Assembly: GCF_009914755.1 (NCBI RefSeq)
Contig: NC_060928.1
Origin: the human T2T-CHM13v2.0 reference genome, Homo sapiens
Strand: one strand, 5' to 3'
Length of the DNA stretch: 64,000 bases
In this document: piece after piece, positions 14,122 through 30,150 of the stretch
Numbering within the stretch: position 1 is the first letter of the stretch
How the letters are laid out: each line of letters opens with the position of its first letter
Notes under the pieces: generated by a model
What the model was told of the DNA's origin: nothing
Database searches by the model: none
The model's input: the letters and a program-made list of their open reading frames with translations, nothing else
Program-made: the position numbers and the translations under genes

Positions 14122-16371
14122 TGAACATCTTCCCCATGGGAAGACTAAGGGCTGATGCCTCAAACAAGCCTTGTTTTAATTGGCCAAAGGCCCTTTTAGC
14201 TTCTGGTTTCCAAATTAGGGAGTGGGTTTTAGCTGCCTGAGTTTCGTTTATTAGGTGATGTAAGAGACAAGCTATTTCACCATACCCGGATATCTATATC
14301 CATAAGCTGTAGAACCCTGTAATGCCCAAGAATCCCCTCAGTTCCTTGAGGGCTTTGGGGAGGAGAAAGGAGGACTCAGGCTTGAACATTTCTTTGCTTA
14401 GTCTCCTGGTCCCCTCTGACAAGACTAGGCCTAGGTTCTTCACTGAAGGCTGACAGAGCTGAGTCTTAGATTTGAGACCTTATTTCCTCTGTTAGCTGCA
14501 AAATTAAGAAGAACCCTACTGTGCTCCTGAGAGACTTCCTCAGTTGGGGCACAAAGGAGAATGTCATCTACACGTTGTAAAACTACCCTGAGGATAAAGG
14601 AACTCAGAGAGATCTTTTGACAATGCCTGCCCAAACAGGTGGGGGCTATCTCAGAATCCCTGAAGTAACACCATCCAGGTTAGCTGGGTTGTCTAGTTGA
14701 AGGGATCCACTAATGCAAACAAATACCAGGAGTCTGGTGTAACAGTATTCAAAATAAGGCATCCTTTCAGTCCAGGACTGTGAATGATTTTAGTTCCCTC
14801 GTGTATTTGAGTTAACAGGGTATAGGGACTGGGAACTGCCAGGTGTATTGGAACCACAGCCTCATTAAGGAGGCAGAAGTCCTAGACCAGTCTCCAGTCC
14901 TCACTGGGTTTTTGTAACCCCAATATCGGGGTATTATAAGGGCTGTTGCAGGATTTAAGGAGGCCCTGCATCCTCAAGTTATCAATGCTAGCTCCTAGCC
15001 CTTTCTTAACTTCTGGTTTTAGGGGATATGTTTCTGTTTAGCTAAGGAGATAGGATCCTTAAGATGGACCCAAACTGGTATAGTGATTGTGGCTCAGCCA
15101 ATTTTCCCTGAAGTTGCCCAAACTTCTGGGTTAATATTGGTCTCCAATAGAGGGAAACAAAGAGTCGTTCCTGAAGCCAAAAAGATGGTGGTTCCTACAT
15201 GAGCTAAGATATCTCTGCATAGCAAAGGAGTTGGGCTTTTGGGCATGATTAAAAAGGCGTGAGTAAACCAGAGGTCTCCTCAACTACAACTAAGGGGTTG
15301 GAAAAATTTCAGATTAAAGGTTTTCCGGAGATGCCCTGCATGTTCATGCTGAGAGAAGTGGGGGGCCCAGATTGTAGAAGTGAACTGAAAGGCCCGCTCC
15401 AGTGTCCAGGAGGAGGTCCACATTCCTCCCTTCAACTTCCAGAATCACCCAGGGCTCCTGGATGGTAATGGTGGTCTGAACCACCAGATCCAGGGAGAGG
15501 AGCCCTGGGACCCATCAGTTCTGCTGGGCAGTTTGGGAGACTGGCTCTGGACCCAGCGGCCTGCATCTCCAGGGACAGTCCACCCTCCAGTGGTCCTATC
15601 ACAAATTGGACAAGTTAAAGGTGGCTTCCTCATGTGGCCTGTGCAGTGCTTCCTAAAGTGCCCTGGCTTGCCACTTTGTAGCAGTTAACAGGTGCATCTT
15701 GGGGATTCTGGGGTTTGTAAGCCTGCAAGCCAGCCATTAGAGCCTCTTCCTTTTTCTTCTGTCTCCCCTCTCTCTCAGGCTTCCTTCCAATCCTTATTGT
15801 AAAAGACTGAGGTGGCTACTTTCAGGAGGTTCTCCAAAGCACTATCTGGTCCTATGACTTGCTTCTGCAGCTTCCTCCTGATATCCAGGTTTGCCTGAGT
15901 AATAAAAGTATCCTTTAGGATTAGTTGTCCCTCAACTGAATCCAGAGGTAGAAAGGTGTGGTTTACCAAAGCCCTTCTTAGCCTTCCCAAGGAGGCCATG
16001 GTGTTCTCGTCTGATCCCCAGTCTATCATGGATAGTTTGGAATAATTGAGAGACTTAGTTCTAGTCCTTTGTATGCACTCTAGTATGTACACCTGAAAGT
16101 GTTTTCTTTCCCATTCTCCCATTTTATCATTGGGGTCTCATTTAGGGTGTCCTTCAATGGTACTGCTATTCTTCCAACTGGATAAGGCCCATTTCCTTTC
16201 CTGGCACAATATGATATATAAAGCTCATCCCCAAAATTTTCTGCTGCTTGCAGGGTGGCCTGCTTTAGCAGTAGTCAGGGTTTGATTCAAAAGTAACATA
16301 ACATCCTTCCAGGAGATTCAAACACCTATGTTGAACTCTGTAAATCCTCTATATACCTGTCAGGGTCAGCA
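14122..16371 (-). pseudogene. Decayed ERV1 gag-pro-pol (MER52-int/HUERS-P3-like, HERV-W/9-related)
   Basis: Capsid peptide SVEGQLILKDTFITQANLDIRRKLQK (15775-16122); two NC zinc-knuckle remnants ~15580-15690; protease LLDTGA ~15395-15415; RT QRVDDILL (YxDD-derived) ~14560-14580; LRGFLGITGF ~14310-14345; many stops and frameshifts. Confidence 0.9.
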
Positions 16372-17032
16372 TGTTACAGCTCTCTCGTTCCTACCACCTG
16401 CAGCACAGCAAATGGTGAAGGGGTATGTTTCAGCCTATTTGTGTTACAGCTCATTTAGTAATTCCATCCTGCTCCAGCCCATGGCTCCTGGGCTGGCCTG
16501 GCCCTGCTGCTACTTCTGTTCATGTGAGGTGGCCACCCAATGCTAGCAGAGGACGGGAGGGCTATGGTGTTACAGCTCTGGCTCAGAGAAGTCCAATGTC
16601 TGCACCTCCAGAAACGTTGCCACTCTTCACTCCCACAGTCCAGTGAATGGTAGCATGTCACTGCCTGCAGCTCAGTGAGCTGGCCAGGAATATGTTACAG
16701 CCTTTTTCATGCCCTCTTTTCAGCAGGTCCCAAGTTCTTGTCCCACGTCCAGGAAACAGAAAGTAATACAAACTAGTGGAGGGTGAGCAAGGCAGAGAAG
16801 AACTTTATTTAGCAATAGAACAGCTCTCAGTGGAGAGGAGACCTGAAGTGGGTAGGTCCTATCTGCAGGCAGGTAGTCTCAATGTGTGTCTGAGTGTGGC
16901 TGAGTCCAGGGTTTTTATGGGCTCAGAATGGAGGACGTGGATGCTGATTGGTCCATGAGTGGGCCCAGAAAATGCACCATTCGACTGGCCAAAAGGCATC
17001 AGGGAAGTTCTCACTCCAGGTCGTGGACTCCA
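16372..17032 (-). mobile_element. Partial MER52-type LTR
   Basis: GGAGGGTGAGCAAGGCAGAGAAGAACTTTATT, GGGTTTTTATGGGCTCAGAATGGAGG..GCTGATTGGTCCATG, repeated TGTTACAGC motifs; U3 end missing. Confidence 0.8.
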
Positions 17033-18369
17033 TGTCTGACAGCATCCTACTTGTATATGAGATGAAACTCAGTGGTGAATGTTAAAAATGTATTCAATTA
17101 ATATGTGCAACTATTATATATCAATAAAAAAAGTTAAATGAAAAAATATGAATGGTATAAAATAATTAGGAATTAAACAAATCTGATTTAATTGAGTAAT
17201 TATTCTAATACAGGTTGAGCATTCTTAATCTGAAAATCCGAAATCTGAAGTCTTCCAAAATCAAAAACTTTTTGAGTGCTGACATGAAAATACAAGTGGA
17301 AAATTCCACACCTGACCTCATATGATGAATTCCAATCAAAATGCAGTTGAACAACACCATATGCAACACCGTTTATTCAGTGTCCCTAGTAGAAAGAACA
17401 GCTTCCCATCCCCCTTCTTTTGCAATATATCTTCTCTGCACATACCCAGACTCCCCTGTGTGAGCCCACAGAGTATAATAACATGATACATGTGCAGGCT
17501 GGATGTACCATTGGTGCATTTTCCATAATGCCTCACATGTGTCCAAGACCTACATGCACTATTCACTGTGTTTTGTTTTTTCTGTTTCTCTGCTCTGGGG
17601 TATAAAGGTATGGTTGAAAATGTCAAAACGGGCTGCAGATATCCCTATGGGTAACAGTGATAAAGAAAAAAAGGAAGCATTTTTGTTTATCTACATCACG
17701 GAAAGTCAAGCTGTTGAAGAAACTGAACAGTAGTGTAAGCATGAAACATCTCACAGAAAAGTATAATGTTGGAATGACCATCATATATGACCTGAAGAAA
17801 CAGAGGATAAACTGTTGAATTTCTTTGCTAAAAGTGATGAACAGAAGTCAGTGAAAAATAGAAAAACACTGCATAAAACTAAAACTGGAGATCTTGAGAG
17901 TGTATTGAAAGAATGAATTGGTCAGCATCACAGTGGACACCAGCACTTGATGGTAAGCTGATTATAAAACAAGCAAATATCTAATTGAAGAGAAATTTGA
18001 ATATTCATCAGACTGGTTGAAGAAATGTAAGAAAAAACATGGCATTAAATTTTGAAAGATTTGGGATAATAAAACATCTACTGATCCTGAAGCAGCAGAG
18101 AAATTCATTGATGAGTTTGCTAAGGTCATCACTGATGAAAATCTGACACTAGAACAAGTCAATAAAACTGATGAAACACCACTTTTTTGGTGTTATTGTC
18201 TCAGAAAGATACTGATTACAGCTGATGAGAAAAAGCCAACAGAAATGAAGAATGCCAAAAATAGAATAACTATGCTGGGATGTGCTAATGCAACAGGCAT
18301 GCATGAGGGTAAACGTGCTGTGATAGGCAAAAGCTTGGGTCCTCAAAATTTTCAGAGAATAAGTTTCTT

Positions 18370-18594
18370 TTTTTGTTTTTTACACCTCCTAGGTTCAAGC
18401 GATTCTCCTGCCTCAGCCTCCCAAGTAGCTGGGATTACAGGTGTGCACCATGCCCAGTTAATTTTTGTATTCTTAGTAGTGATGGGGTTTCACCATGTTG
18501 GTCAGGCTGGTCTTGAACTCCTGACCTCAAGTGACCTACCCACCTCGGCCTCCCAAAGTGCTGGGATTACAGGCATGAGCCAAGGTGCCCAGCC
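18370..18594 (-). mobile_element. AluSx-like, lacking ~70 bp next to its tail
   Basis: Alu body; TSD AAGTTTCTT at 18361-18369 and 18595-18603. Confidence 0.9.
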
Positions 18595-18824
18595 AAGTTT
18601 CTTGACAGTCCATTGTTATGCTAACAAAAAGGCAAGATCACTAGAGAAATTTTGTCTGATTAGTTTCACAAACATTTGATAACAGTCTTGTGCTTACTGC
18701 AGGAAAGTTAGATTAAATAACTGTAAGGTTCTGTTATTACTTCTCATCAAAAATAATGTTTATGCCATGCACCTTCTTTCAAATTCAGCCATGTGACCAG
18801 GGTATCATTAGATCGATTAAATAA

Positions 18825-19185
<361 letters not shown>

Positions 19186-20643
19186 TTGGAATGATTTTAA
19201 CAAGACAAATGTGATATATTCTGTTGGCAATGCTTAGAACACAGTGATTAAAAACACAATTGTTCATGTCTTGCTCAACCTCTGACCTGTGACTAAATTC
19301 AGTGATAATTATGAACAAGGTAGTGACTTTTTAGGATTTCATACATCAAGTGAGAGTAAAAATGATGTCTGACCTTTTATATATGCAAAAAATATAGCTT
19401 CAGAATCCATCAGTAAGCTTGAAGATGTGGATATCAAAAAAAATTTTAACATTAGAAATTAAGCTCCAGTGGTTTATTCATTGACTAATCAAAAATAGTC
19501 AAAATGATTATGAATCAAGGTGATCATGATAATAGCCATGATGAAGACGATGATGTTAAAACTGCGGTAAAAGTATAAATGATGTCAAAACGTGTAATGG
19601 GCTCCTTAAGAAATAGAGCTGCATGCATTCATATCAAAACAAAAATATGTCAATTTATAAATCAAAGAGAGACTTCTAAGGAAAACTGTTATTAATGAGG
19701 CAGATGATTCTGGAAGAAACATTTTAAAAAGCCATCCAGGAGAATGGATCCTCATGCCTAGAAGACTCACTTTCTGGTCCCTCGACTTCATCTGATGTTT
19801 TTTCTCACCTAAAAAATTAAAATAATATATAACGTACATAAACCTTTTAAATTAAAACACTGCATTATACGTAGGAACTAAAAGCCTGGCTTGTTTGTTG
19901 TTGCTGTTAACAGCTGATCTAAGTATTCTGGTGATGCTGCTGTGTTGCTTAGCTACCCGGAAGACAAATTTTCACTTTATTAATTGTATGCCTTTTTTTA
20001 ACTGTTAATTACTTATCTGTAAATAAGTATATGAAAATGATCACTCATGAATAGCACATAAGTTCAAAGTCAGGAATGATGTTGATGCTTAAAAAAACCA
20101 CAGATTGTCTACATGGGTGGTGAATATAGTGAAACCTTTGCTCTCTGATGGTTCTACGTACACAAGCTTTATTTCATGCACACAATTACTAAAACTTTTA
20201 TATAAAATTACCTCTAGGCTATATGCATAAGAAATATAAATGAGCTTTATATTTAGGCTTAGATCTCACCTCTAAGATTCTCATTATGTACATGAAAATA
20301 TTCTGAAAACCAAAAAATCTGAAATACAAAACACTTCTGGTCTCAAGCATTTCAGGTAAAGGATACTCAAACTGTACCATTAAAAACAAATATAACATTA
20401 ATTTGTTGTACACTTGGAGTGATGTAGCCTATATCCTACCTACAGTGAATATTTTAGCCATATATAAGATATTAAAAATGTATTTCTTGAAATTATTATT
20501 TAAATTATAGAGGCAAGTGTATTTTACTTTGGATGAAACAGGGAGATTTATCTTTATTATCTTAAATAGGCTTTTCCTAGTTTTGTAATTTCAACTTTTT
20601 TCTAAAGTTATTTATGAGTAATTCACTGTGTTTATGCATTTAA

Positions 20644-21010
<367 letters not shown>

Positions 21011-21144
21011 CTATTTTTTTTTTACTGACCACATTTTAGAAGTTTTATTTTTCTTCTGCAATTCTGGTAGGCCTTTCCTAATTAGCTATATCAGAAGTCA
21101 TAGTAAACCTATAATATGGAAAGAAGATAAAAATATTAACTAAC

Positions 21145-22213
21145 TGTTGTGAGAAGTCAGGGATGCCAAACAGAGGGACCAGCTGAAGCCATGGCAGAAG
21201 AACGTGGATTGAGAAGATTTTATGGACATTTATTAGTTCCCCAAATTAATACTTGTGTAATTTCTTATGACTGTCTTTACTGAGTCTCTAAACATAAATT
21301 GTAAAGATTTCATGGACACTTATCACTTCCCCAATCAATACCCTTGTGATTTCCTATGCCTGTCTTTACTTTAATCTCTTAATCCTGTCAGCCGAGGAGG
21401 ATGTATGTCACCTCAGGACCATGTGATAATTGCATTAACTGCACAAATTGTAGAGCATGTGTGTTTAAACAATATGAAATCTGGGCACCTTGAAAAAAGA
21501 ACAAGATAACAGCAATGTTTAGGAAACAAGAGAGATAACCTTAAACTCTGACCGCCAGTGAGCCGGGCAGAACAGAGCCATATTTCTCTTCTTTCAAAAG
21601 CAAATGGAAGAAGTATCGCTGAATTCTTTTTCTCAGCATGGAACATCCCTGAGAAAGAGAATAAGCGCCTGGAGGTATCAGCTTATAAACAGCCCACCTG
21701 GGTGTGGCCTGTCTCTTATGGTTGAGACTGCAGGGGTGAAATAGACTCCAGTCTCCCATAGCGCTCCCAGGCTTATTAGGAAGAGGAAATTCCCGCCTAA
21801 TAAATTTTGGTCAAACCGGTTGATCTCAAAACCCTGTCTCCTGATAAGATGTTATCAATGACAATGGTGCCCGAAACTTCATTAGCAATTTTAATTTCAC
21901 CTCGGTCCTGTGGTCCTGTGATCTCGCCCTGCCTCCACTTGCCTTGTGATAGTCTATTACCCTGTTAAGTACTTGATGTCTGTGACCCACACCTATTTGC
22001 ACACTCCCTCCCCTTTTGAAACTCCCTAATAAAAACTTGCTGGTTTTTGTAGCTTGTGGGGCATCATGAATCCTAACAAAGTGTGATGTCTCCCCCAGAC
22101 ACCCAGCTTTAAAATTTCTCTCTTTTGTACTCTGTCCCTTTATTTCTCAAGCTGGCTGACACTTAGGGAAATAGAAAAGAACCTACATGATTATCGGGGC
22201 AGGTCCCCCTATA
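21145..22213 (+). mobile_element. MER11 (HERV-K11/HML-8) solo LTR, MER11C-sized
   Basis: Starts TGTTGTGAGAAGTCAGGGA, ends GGGGCAGGTCCCCCTATA; 1069 bp; 6-bp TSD ACTAAC/AATAAC (5/6). Confidence 0.92.
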
Positions 22214-22265
22214 AATAACTGATAATTAGAACAAAATATGCTCTGTTTCAAAAATACTTAGGAAC

Positions 22266-22743
22266 TATTTGTTTTATATGGCTGCTATAAAAATTATCAT
22301 AAATTAGTGGCTTAAAACAGCAGAAATCTATTATGTTACAGTCTGGAGGCCAGAGTCTGAGATCAAGGTGTTGGCAGGTTTGTGCTCTTTTGAGCAACTC
22401 CAGGGAGAATCTTTCCCATTCCTCCCTCCTAGCTTAGCTTCTGGTGACTACCTTCAATTCTTGGCATTCGTTGTCTCATAGCTCCACCACGCCAATCACT
22501 ACCCTCTTTATATAATCTTCTCCTCTATGTCTTCTCTTCTTCCTGTCTTAAATTTCTCTCTGCCTTCTCTTACAAGGACTCCTATCATATTTTGGTCCAC
22601 CTGGATAATCCATTATTGTCTCAACTCAACATCCTTAACTTAATCACGTCTGCAGAGAATGCTTTTCCAAATAAGAAAACTCACAGGTTTAGGTGATTTG
22701 ACAGAGATATCTTATAGGAAACCGTTTTTTTCTGCCTACCACA
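22266..22743 (-). mobile_element. MLT1C/D solo LTR
   Basis: GGCTGCTATAAAAATTATCATAAATTAGTGGCTTAAAACAGCAGAAAT...CTGCCTACCACA. Confidence 0.8.
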
Positions 22744-22800
22744 GGGAGTAATCTTCAATTGTGTGATATTAATTAATGTCATCCTCCCAAATTAAGGGCT

Positions 22801-23336
22801 TGTAAGGTAAATGGATGTGCTTTAGTCAAGAATAGGCCAAGGAAAACATCCTGCATGACTCAGTGGGATTGGAGTGCAGGTGCACAATTCCATGCATTAT
22901 ATAATCACAGCTATGTAGCCATAACATGGGGAGAATCCTCACTTGGCTTGGAGCCACTGTTGTTTGTAAAAGGTATAACTACCCTGCTGATACTGTACAT
23001 GCTGCATGCGCCCAGAGAGAAAAAGTTAATCTGCTGACCGTGTGAGGGAGAGCTATCCATCCTGCAGGTGGACAGTGGGGAGCCAATAGCCAGCAAGTGT
23101 GCCAGGGAATGCAACTTTAAGTGTGGGAGCAGCAGGCGCTGCAGAGCTGGCTGCTAAGAGAGGCTGCAGTTGGAGCAGGCAGCCAAGATAAAGATGGACA
23201 GTTTGAGAGAGCTGCTGAATAAAACCATATTTCACCTGCCTACAGCCCCCCACTGAGTGTTCTTTCAGCTATTTGCCACCCATCCATCCACTCCCCCAGA
23301 CCTCAGCAGCTGGGAACCTTGACACTTGGCATGACA
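22801..23336 (+). mobile_element. LTR18-family (ERVL/HERVL18) solo LTR
   Basis: Starts TGTAAGGTAAATGGATGTGCTTTAGTCAAGAATAGGCC, AATAAA at ~23218, ends GGCATGACA. Confidence 0.7.
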
Positions 23337-24344
23337 GCACTGAATACACTTCAACTACCACTGGAAGAATGGTAATTATTTTTTACTATTTGGGGAAACT
23401 GCTGAAGCTGCAGGCCACTAAGGAGCTTATTTCACTGATAAATGACTGTCCTAGACAATTAAGTACCTGCAATACAGACTGCAGAGAGCCCCTTCACTGC
23501 CAGATGGCTCCTTAATGTTCAAGCAACATGGTGAAAAATGAAAATAGAAGAGCTTCTTTGGAGGCAAGTTGTTTCCAAGATACTTTTTGTTCCTGTTCTT
23601 AATGACTTTTGTCTTCACAAGTTTTCCTTTTTAAACCAACAACAACAACAAAAAAGAATTAAAAGCTTTTCTACAAACTTAGCATGTCTTTAAAAATAAA
23701 TTATGAAACTATTAAGTTTAGCATTTATACTTGGGAACAGATATTAACATTGTTTTTAAATATGTTTTAAAATATTTGAAAATTCTAAAAATAAGTTATA
23801 TGAGTTGAATTAAGCAGCTATATATAAATGTTTAACATTTATAAATAATATCTTGATATAAAACACAAATTTAGCACTATTGTCACTCTGAAACACTGGT
23901 GTGTTTTATGCAATATAAATACTTGAATAATTCTGAATTGCACACAACTTGTTGAAATGTTTTAAATGGAGAGAAACATTGTCATTTAGTTCCAAATTTT
24001 CAAATAAAAATTTTAAGAAGATAAATTCAATATTTTACTGATTTATCACAGAATCGATTTGGGCATAAGCAGATGTATATTCCTTCCTACTTTTGCCTCA
24101 TCTACCTGTGAGCACAAGTGTCTAGTAATACAGATCACACATAATTAAAATGTTGTTTTAGTCACTTGTTTTCTTAATTTAACAAATACACATTTTTTTC
24201 AGGTTAGAGTGCTGTGATTTGACTTCAAGTGAAAGCCAGGGCTTCAAGGCCCTTGCAGTTTAAATCAAACTTGTGTCAAATTTGGTCAGGTGATTTTACA
24301 CACAGAAAATAATACAGAGTTTGCATTATGTTCATCTCATAAAT

Positions 24345-26912
24345 CAAGTGTTGGAAAATTATAGTTTGCAGAAAATATTTTACCTACAATCCGTTTTTTG
24401 TAAATTACAGACACACCTATGTGTTTATGTATTATCTGGAACTGCTCTCTCACTACAGTGGCAGAATTGAGTAGTTGTAACTGGGTCATAAGGTTTGGCT
24501 CTCTGTCACCACCCAATTTTTACTTTGAATTGTAATCTCCATAATCCCCACATGTCAAGAGCAAGACCAGGTGGAGGTAATTGGATCATAGGAGCAGTTT
24601 CCCTATGATGTTCTCATGATAGTGACTGAGTGTCAGGGATCTGATGGTTTTATAAGCATCTGGCATTTCCTCAGCTTGCACTCTCTCTGTCCAACCACTC
24701 TGTGAAGAAGCTGTCTGCTTCTCTTTTGCTTCCTGCCATGATTTAAGATTCCTGAGACCTTCCCAGCAATGTGGAACTGTGAGTCAATTAAACTTCTTTC
24801 CTTCATAAATTAACCAGTCTCTAGTATTTCTTCATAGCAGTGTGAGAACAAACTAATACTGTAATTTAGTGCACCAGTACCAAGGTAGTGGGGTGCTGCT
24901 ATAAAGATATCCAAACATGTGGAAGTGACTTTGGAACTGTGTAACAGGCAGAGGTTGGAAAAGTTTAGAGGGCTCAGAAGAAAACAGAAAAATGTGGGAA
25001 AGTTTGGGACTTCCTAAAGACTTTGAGGGTTCAGAAGACAGGAAGATGTGGGAATGTTTGGAACTTCCTAGAGACTCACTGAATGGCTTGGACCAAAATG
25101 CTGATAGTGACATGGACAATGAAGGCCAGGCTGAGGTAGTCTCAGATGGAGATGAGAAACTTGGGACCTGGAGTAAACACCACTCTTGTTATGCTTTAGC
25201 AAAGAGACTGGTGGCATTTCCCCCTGCTCTAGAGATCTGTAGAACTTTGAACTTGAGAGAGATGATTTAAGGTATCTGGTGGAAGAAATTTCTAAATGGC
25301 AAAGCATTCAATAGGAAGCAGAGCATAAAGGCTTGGAAAATGTGTAGCCTAATTATGATATAGAAAATAAAAACTCATTTTCTGGGGAGAAATTCAAGCC
25401 CACCACAGAAATAATATGCATAAGTAACGAGGTGTCAAGTGTTAATCAGCAAGACAATGGGGAAAATTTCTCCAGGGCATTTCAAAGAACTTCATGGCAG
25501 CCCCTCCCATCACAGGCCCAGAAGCCTAAAGGGGAAAAATTGTTTCATGGGCTGGGCTCAGGGCCCCCCTGCTCTATGCAACCTGGGGACATTGTGTCCA
25601 GCATCCCAGCTACTTCAGCTCCAGCCATGGCTAAAAGGGGCCAAGGTACAGCTTGGACCATTGCTTCAGAGGGTGCAAGTCCCAAGCCTTGGTAGCATAC
25701 CCATGGTGTTGGGCCTGTGGGTGCACAGAAGTCAAGAATTGAGATTGGAGAACCCCTGTCTAGATTGCAGAGGATGTATGGAAGTGCCTGGATGTCCAGG
25801 CAGAAGTTTGCAGTAGAGGTGGAGCCCTCATGAACTTCTGATGGGCAGTGCAGAAGGGAAGTGTGGGGTTGGGATCCCACACAGAGTTTCAACTGGGGAA
25901 CTGCCTAGTGAAGCTGTGAGAAGAGGACCACCATCCTTCAGAACCCAAAATATTAAATTCACTGATGGCTTGCATCATGTACCTGGAGCAGCCACAGACA
26001 CTCTATGCCACCCATGAGAGCAGTCAGGAGGGGTGTTGTATCCTGCAAAGCCACAGGTGTAGTGCTGCTCAAGACCATGGGAGCCCATCTCTTGCTTCAC
26101 CATGACCTGGATGTGAGACATGGAGTCAAAGGAAATCATTTTGGAACTTTAAGGTTTAATGACTGCCCTATTGGATTTCAGACTTGCATAGGGCCTATAG
26201 CCCCAGTGTTTTGGCCAGTTTCTCCCATTTGGAATGGGTGTACTTACCCAATGTCTGTACCTCATTGTATCTAGGAAGTAACTAACTTGCTTTTGATTTT
26301 ACAGGCTCATAGGTGGAAGGTATTAATTTTTTCTCAAATTAGACTTTGAAGTTGGACTTTTGGGTTAGTGCTGGAATGAGTTTAAGACTTTGGAAGACTG
26401 TTGGAAGGGTATGATTGTGTTTTATAATGTGAGGACATGGGATTTGGGAGGGGCCAGGAGTGGAATGATATTGTTTGACTCTGTGTCACCACCTAAATCT
26501 CACCTTGCGTTGTAATTATCATAATCCCCACATGTTAAGGGAGGGACCCAGTAGGGTAATTAAATCATGGGGTGCTTGTGCCCAACTTCTCCTCGTGATA
26601 ATGAGTGAGTCTCATGTGATCTGATCATTTTATTGCATCTGACATTTCCCCTGCTTACACTCACTCCATCCTGCTGCCATGTGAAGAATGTTCCTGTTTT
26701 TCCTTTGCCTTCTGCCATAATTGAAAGTTTCCTGAGGCCTCCCAGCAATGTGGAATTGTGAGTGAATTAAACCTTTCTTTTATAAATTATCGAGTCTTGA
26801 GTATTTCTTCATAGTGGTGTGAGAAGGGACTGATATACTGTAACAGTATGACCAGCAAAACCTAAAATCTTTACTAACTAGCCCTTTACAGAAAAAAGTT
26901 GGCTGGCTCTTG
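24345..26912 (+). mobile_element. MER58A split by THE1 (halves ~24345-24485 and ~26838-26912)
   Basis: CACTACAGTGGCAGAATTGAGTAGTTGTAAC | AAAACCTAAAATCTTTACTAACTAGCCCTTTACAGAAAAAAGTTGG. Confidence 0.8.
24486..26837 (+). mobile_element. Complete THE1D-like MaLR element (LTRs 24486-24860, 26466-26837)
   Basis: Paired LTRs and THE1-int; TSD degraded (CTGGG/CTGTA). Confidence 0.9.
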
Positions 26913-26964
26913 ATCTGAATTATCTTTGTATAATATAGTGCAATTGGCATTCAGATTATAAAAG

Positions 26965-28409
<1,445 letters not shown>

Positions 28410-29089
28410 TTATTCTTCTAGATATGAAAGACTCATGGTGTTTAGGTACTTTATAAATTAAGATCAGGGAGATATTAAACAGATTAAAATATATTTTTTA
28501 AGTCCTAGGACAAAGAAATACTGAAAAGCATAATCTCCCCCTTTCCCATTGCTTTTGGGTAATTTATGTATAACGTTTTGAATTGCACATAATAAAATTT
28601 TTATTAATATGGAAAACACTTTTCTTAATTAAAATAAACTCATAATTCTTTCAGAATAACTTCTTCTACTTTTTAAAGAGATTTGCTTCATTATCTTCTT
28701 ATTTAAATTATCTTCAATGCCACACCATTTAATTGAGGTATATGTTTGTGTGTGTGTGCAAGTTCTGACTTAAAATTGTGTATTCATCACATGTATTTGT
28801 ATTTGATTAACGCAATGAATCTTGTTCATGGCAATGTTACCATCTACAAGAGAAAAATAATAAATATTCATCCAAGTGTATATTTCATAATATTATTTAT
28901 AAACTATGCTGTACTTTCATACACTTAGTGACTTTTAATTTTGTCAAGTTATCATTTTGCTCATGAAGGACATTGTACAGTGTACTTCAAATGATAGTAG
29001 TATCATTTATTCTTTAATTTTATATTGTATTCCCATTAAAAGTGTTCTAATAAGAGAACATTTTTAATTCTCATACAATTTTATCTTTG

Positions 29090-29785
29090 CTTTTTATTTT
29101 TAAATACATTTTAATTAAAGTGTAATAAATAGAAAATATTTGCACAAATTATAAGTCTGTATCTTGGTCAATTTTTGCAAAATGAACATATCCTGTCCAC
29201 AAGCCCCAGATCAAGAAAGAGAACATTGCTAGTACACTGCACTCCCTTTGTATTGTAGTTTTATATAAAAGAAAAACAAATTTCTGTATTCTTATGTATC
29301 TGATTTTTTTTCACTCAATATTATGCTTGTGAAAATTATGTTTGGTAGTGTGTGTAGCATACATTTTTTTTTATTTCTGTACCACATAGTATTCCATCGT
29401 ATGAGTCTACCTCAATTCATTGGTCCATTCAATTTCTTTCTAATTTAGACTATTTACAAATCATAATTTTAAAAATATTATTGTTCTTTTGATAAATCTA
29501 TGTAAAGATTTCTATTTGCTATATACTTATGACTATAACGGTTGGCAATTGTGATTGCTATGTTTAGCTATGGAAGGTACTACCCATTTTCCATAGTGGT
29601 TCTACCAACATGTACACCAAACAGTGATCTATGGGATACTCTGCTGCTTCACATGCTTGTCAATGCTTGATGTTGTATATTTTTTTCATTTTTACATTTA
29701 CACTTTCCCTGATGACTATATTTTCATGTTTATGGTCATTTAGATGCCCTCTTTTGTGAAAGCCTATTTAAATATTTTGCCTCTG
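29090..29785 (-). mobile_element. Old L1ME/L1MC 3' fragments
   Basis: CCCCAGATCAAGAAAGAGAACATTGC; TTTTCCATAGTGGTTCTACCAA; TTTCCCTGATGACTA. Confidence 0.6.
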
Positions 29786-29924
29786 TAATTCCAGCCTGAT
29801 TAATGGAAAGGCAATTTTTTTACTTTTCAGCCAAAGCTAGTATTTACTTTCTAATATTCACTAGATTGAGCAAGTTCCTTTTATAATATTTTGATTTGAA
29901 TTCAATGAATTTGTGTTAAATAAT

Positions 29925-30150
29925 ATTGCTAGCTTCCTTAGACTTAAATTCCACTTCTGCTACTTACTACATGTGTTGACTTAAGCAACTTATTTAAGCC
30001 CTTAATGCTTTTGTATTTTCTCAGTGAAGTGAGAATTATTGTAGCATATTTATCATGGCAGTGTTATGATAATTTATATATAGTATTTAACTATAATAGT
30101 ACTCATCATATGGGAAATACTATATAAGTGACTGCTATTAGAATTGTTAT
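29925..30150 (+). mobile_element. MIR
   Basis: TTAAATTCCACTTCTGCTACTTACTACATGTGTTGACTTAAGCAACTTATTTAA resembles the MIR core. Confidence 0.6.

Noticed and set aside
24960-25075. Short internal duplication in THE1-int (also at 49705-49812)
   Set aside because: Present in both THE1D-like copies, so it is a subfamily feature and not locus-specific.
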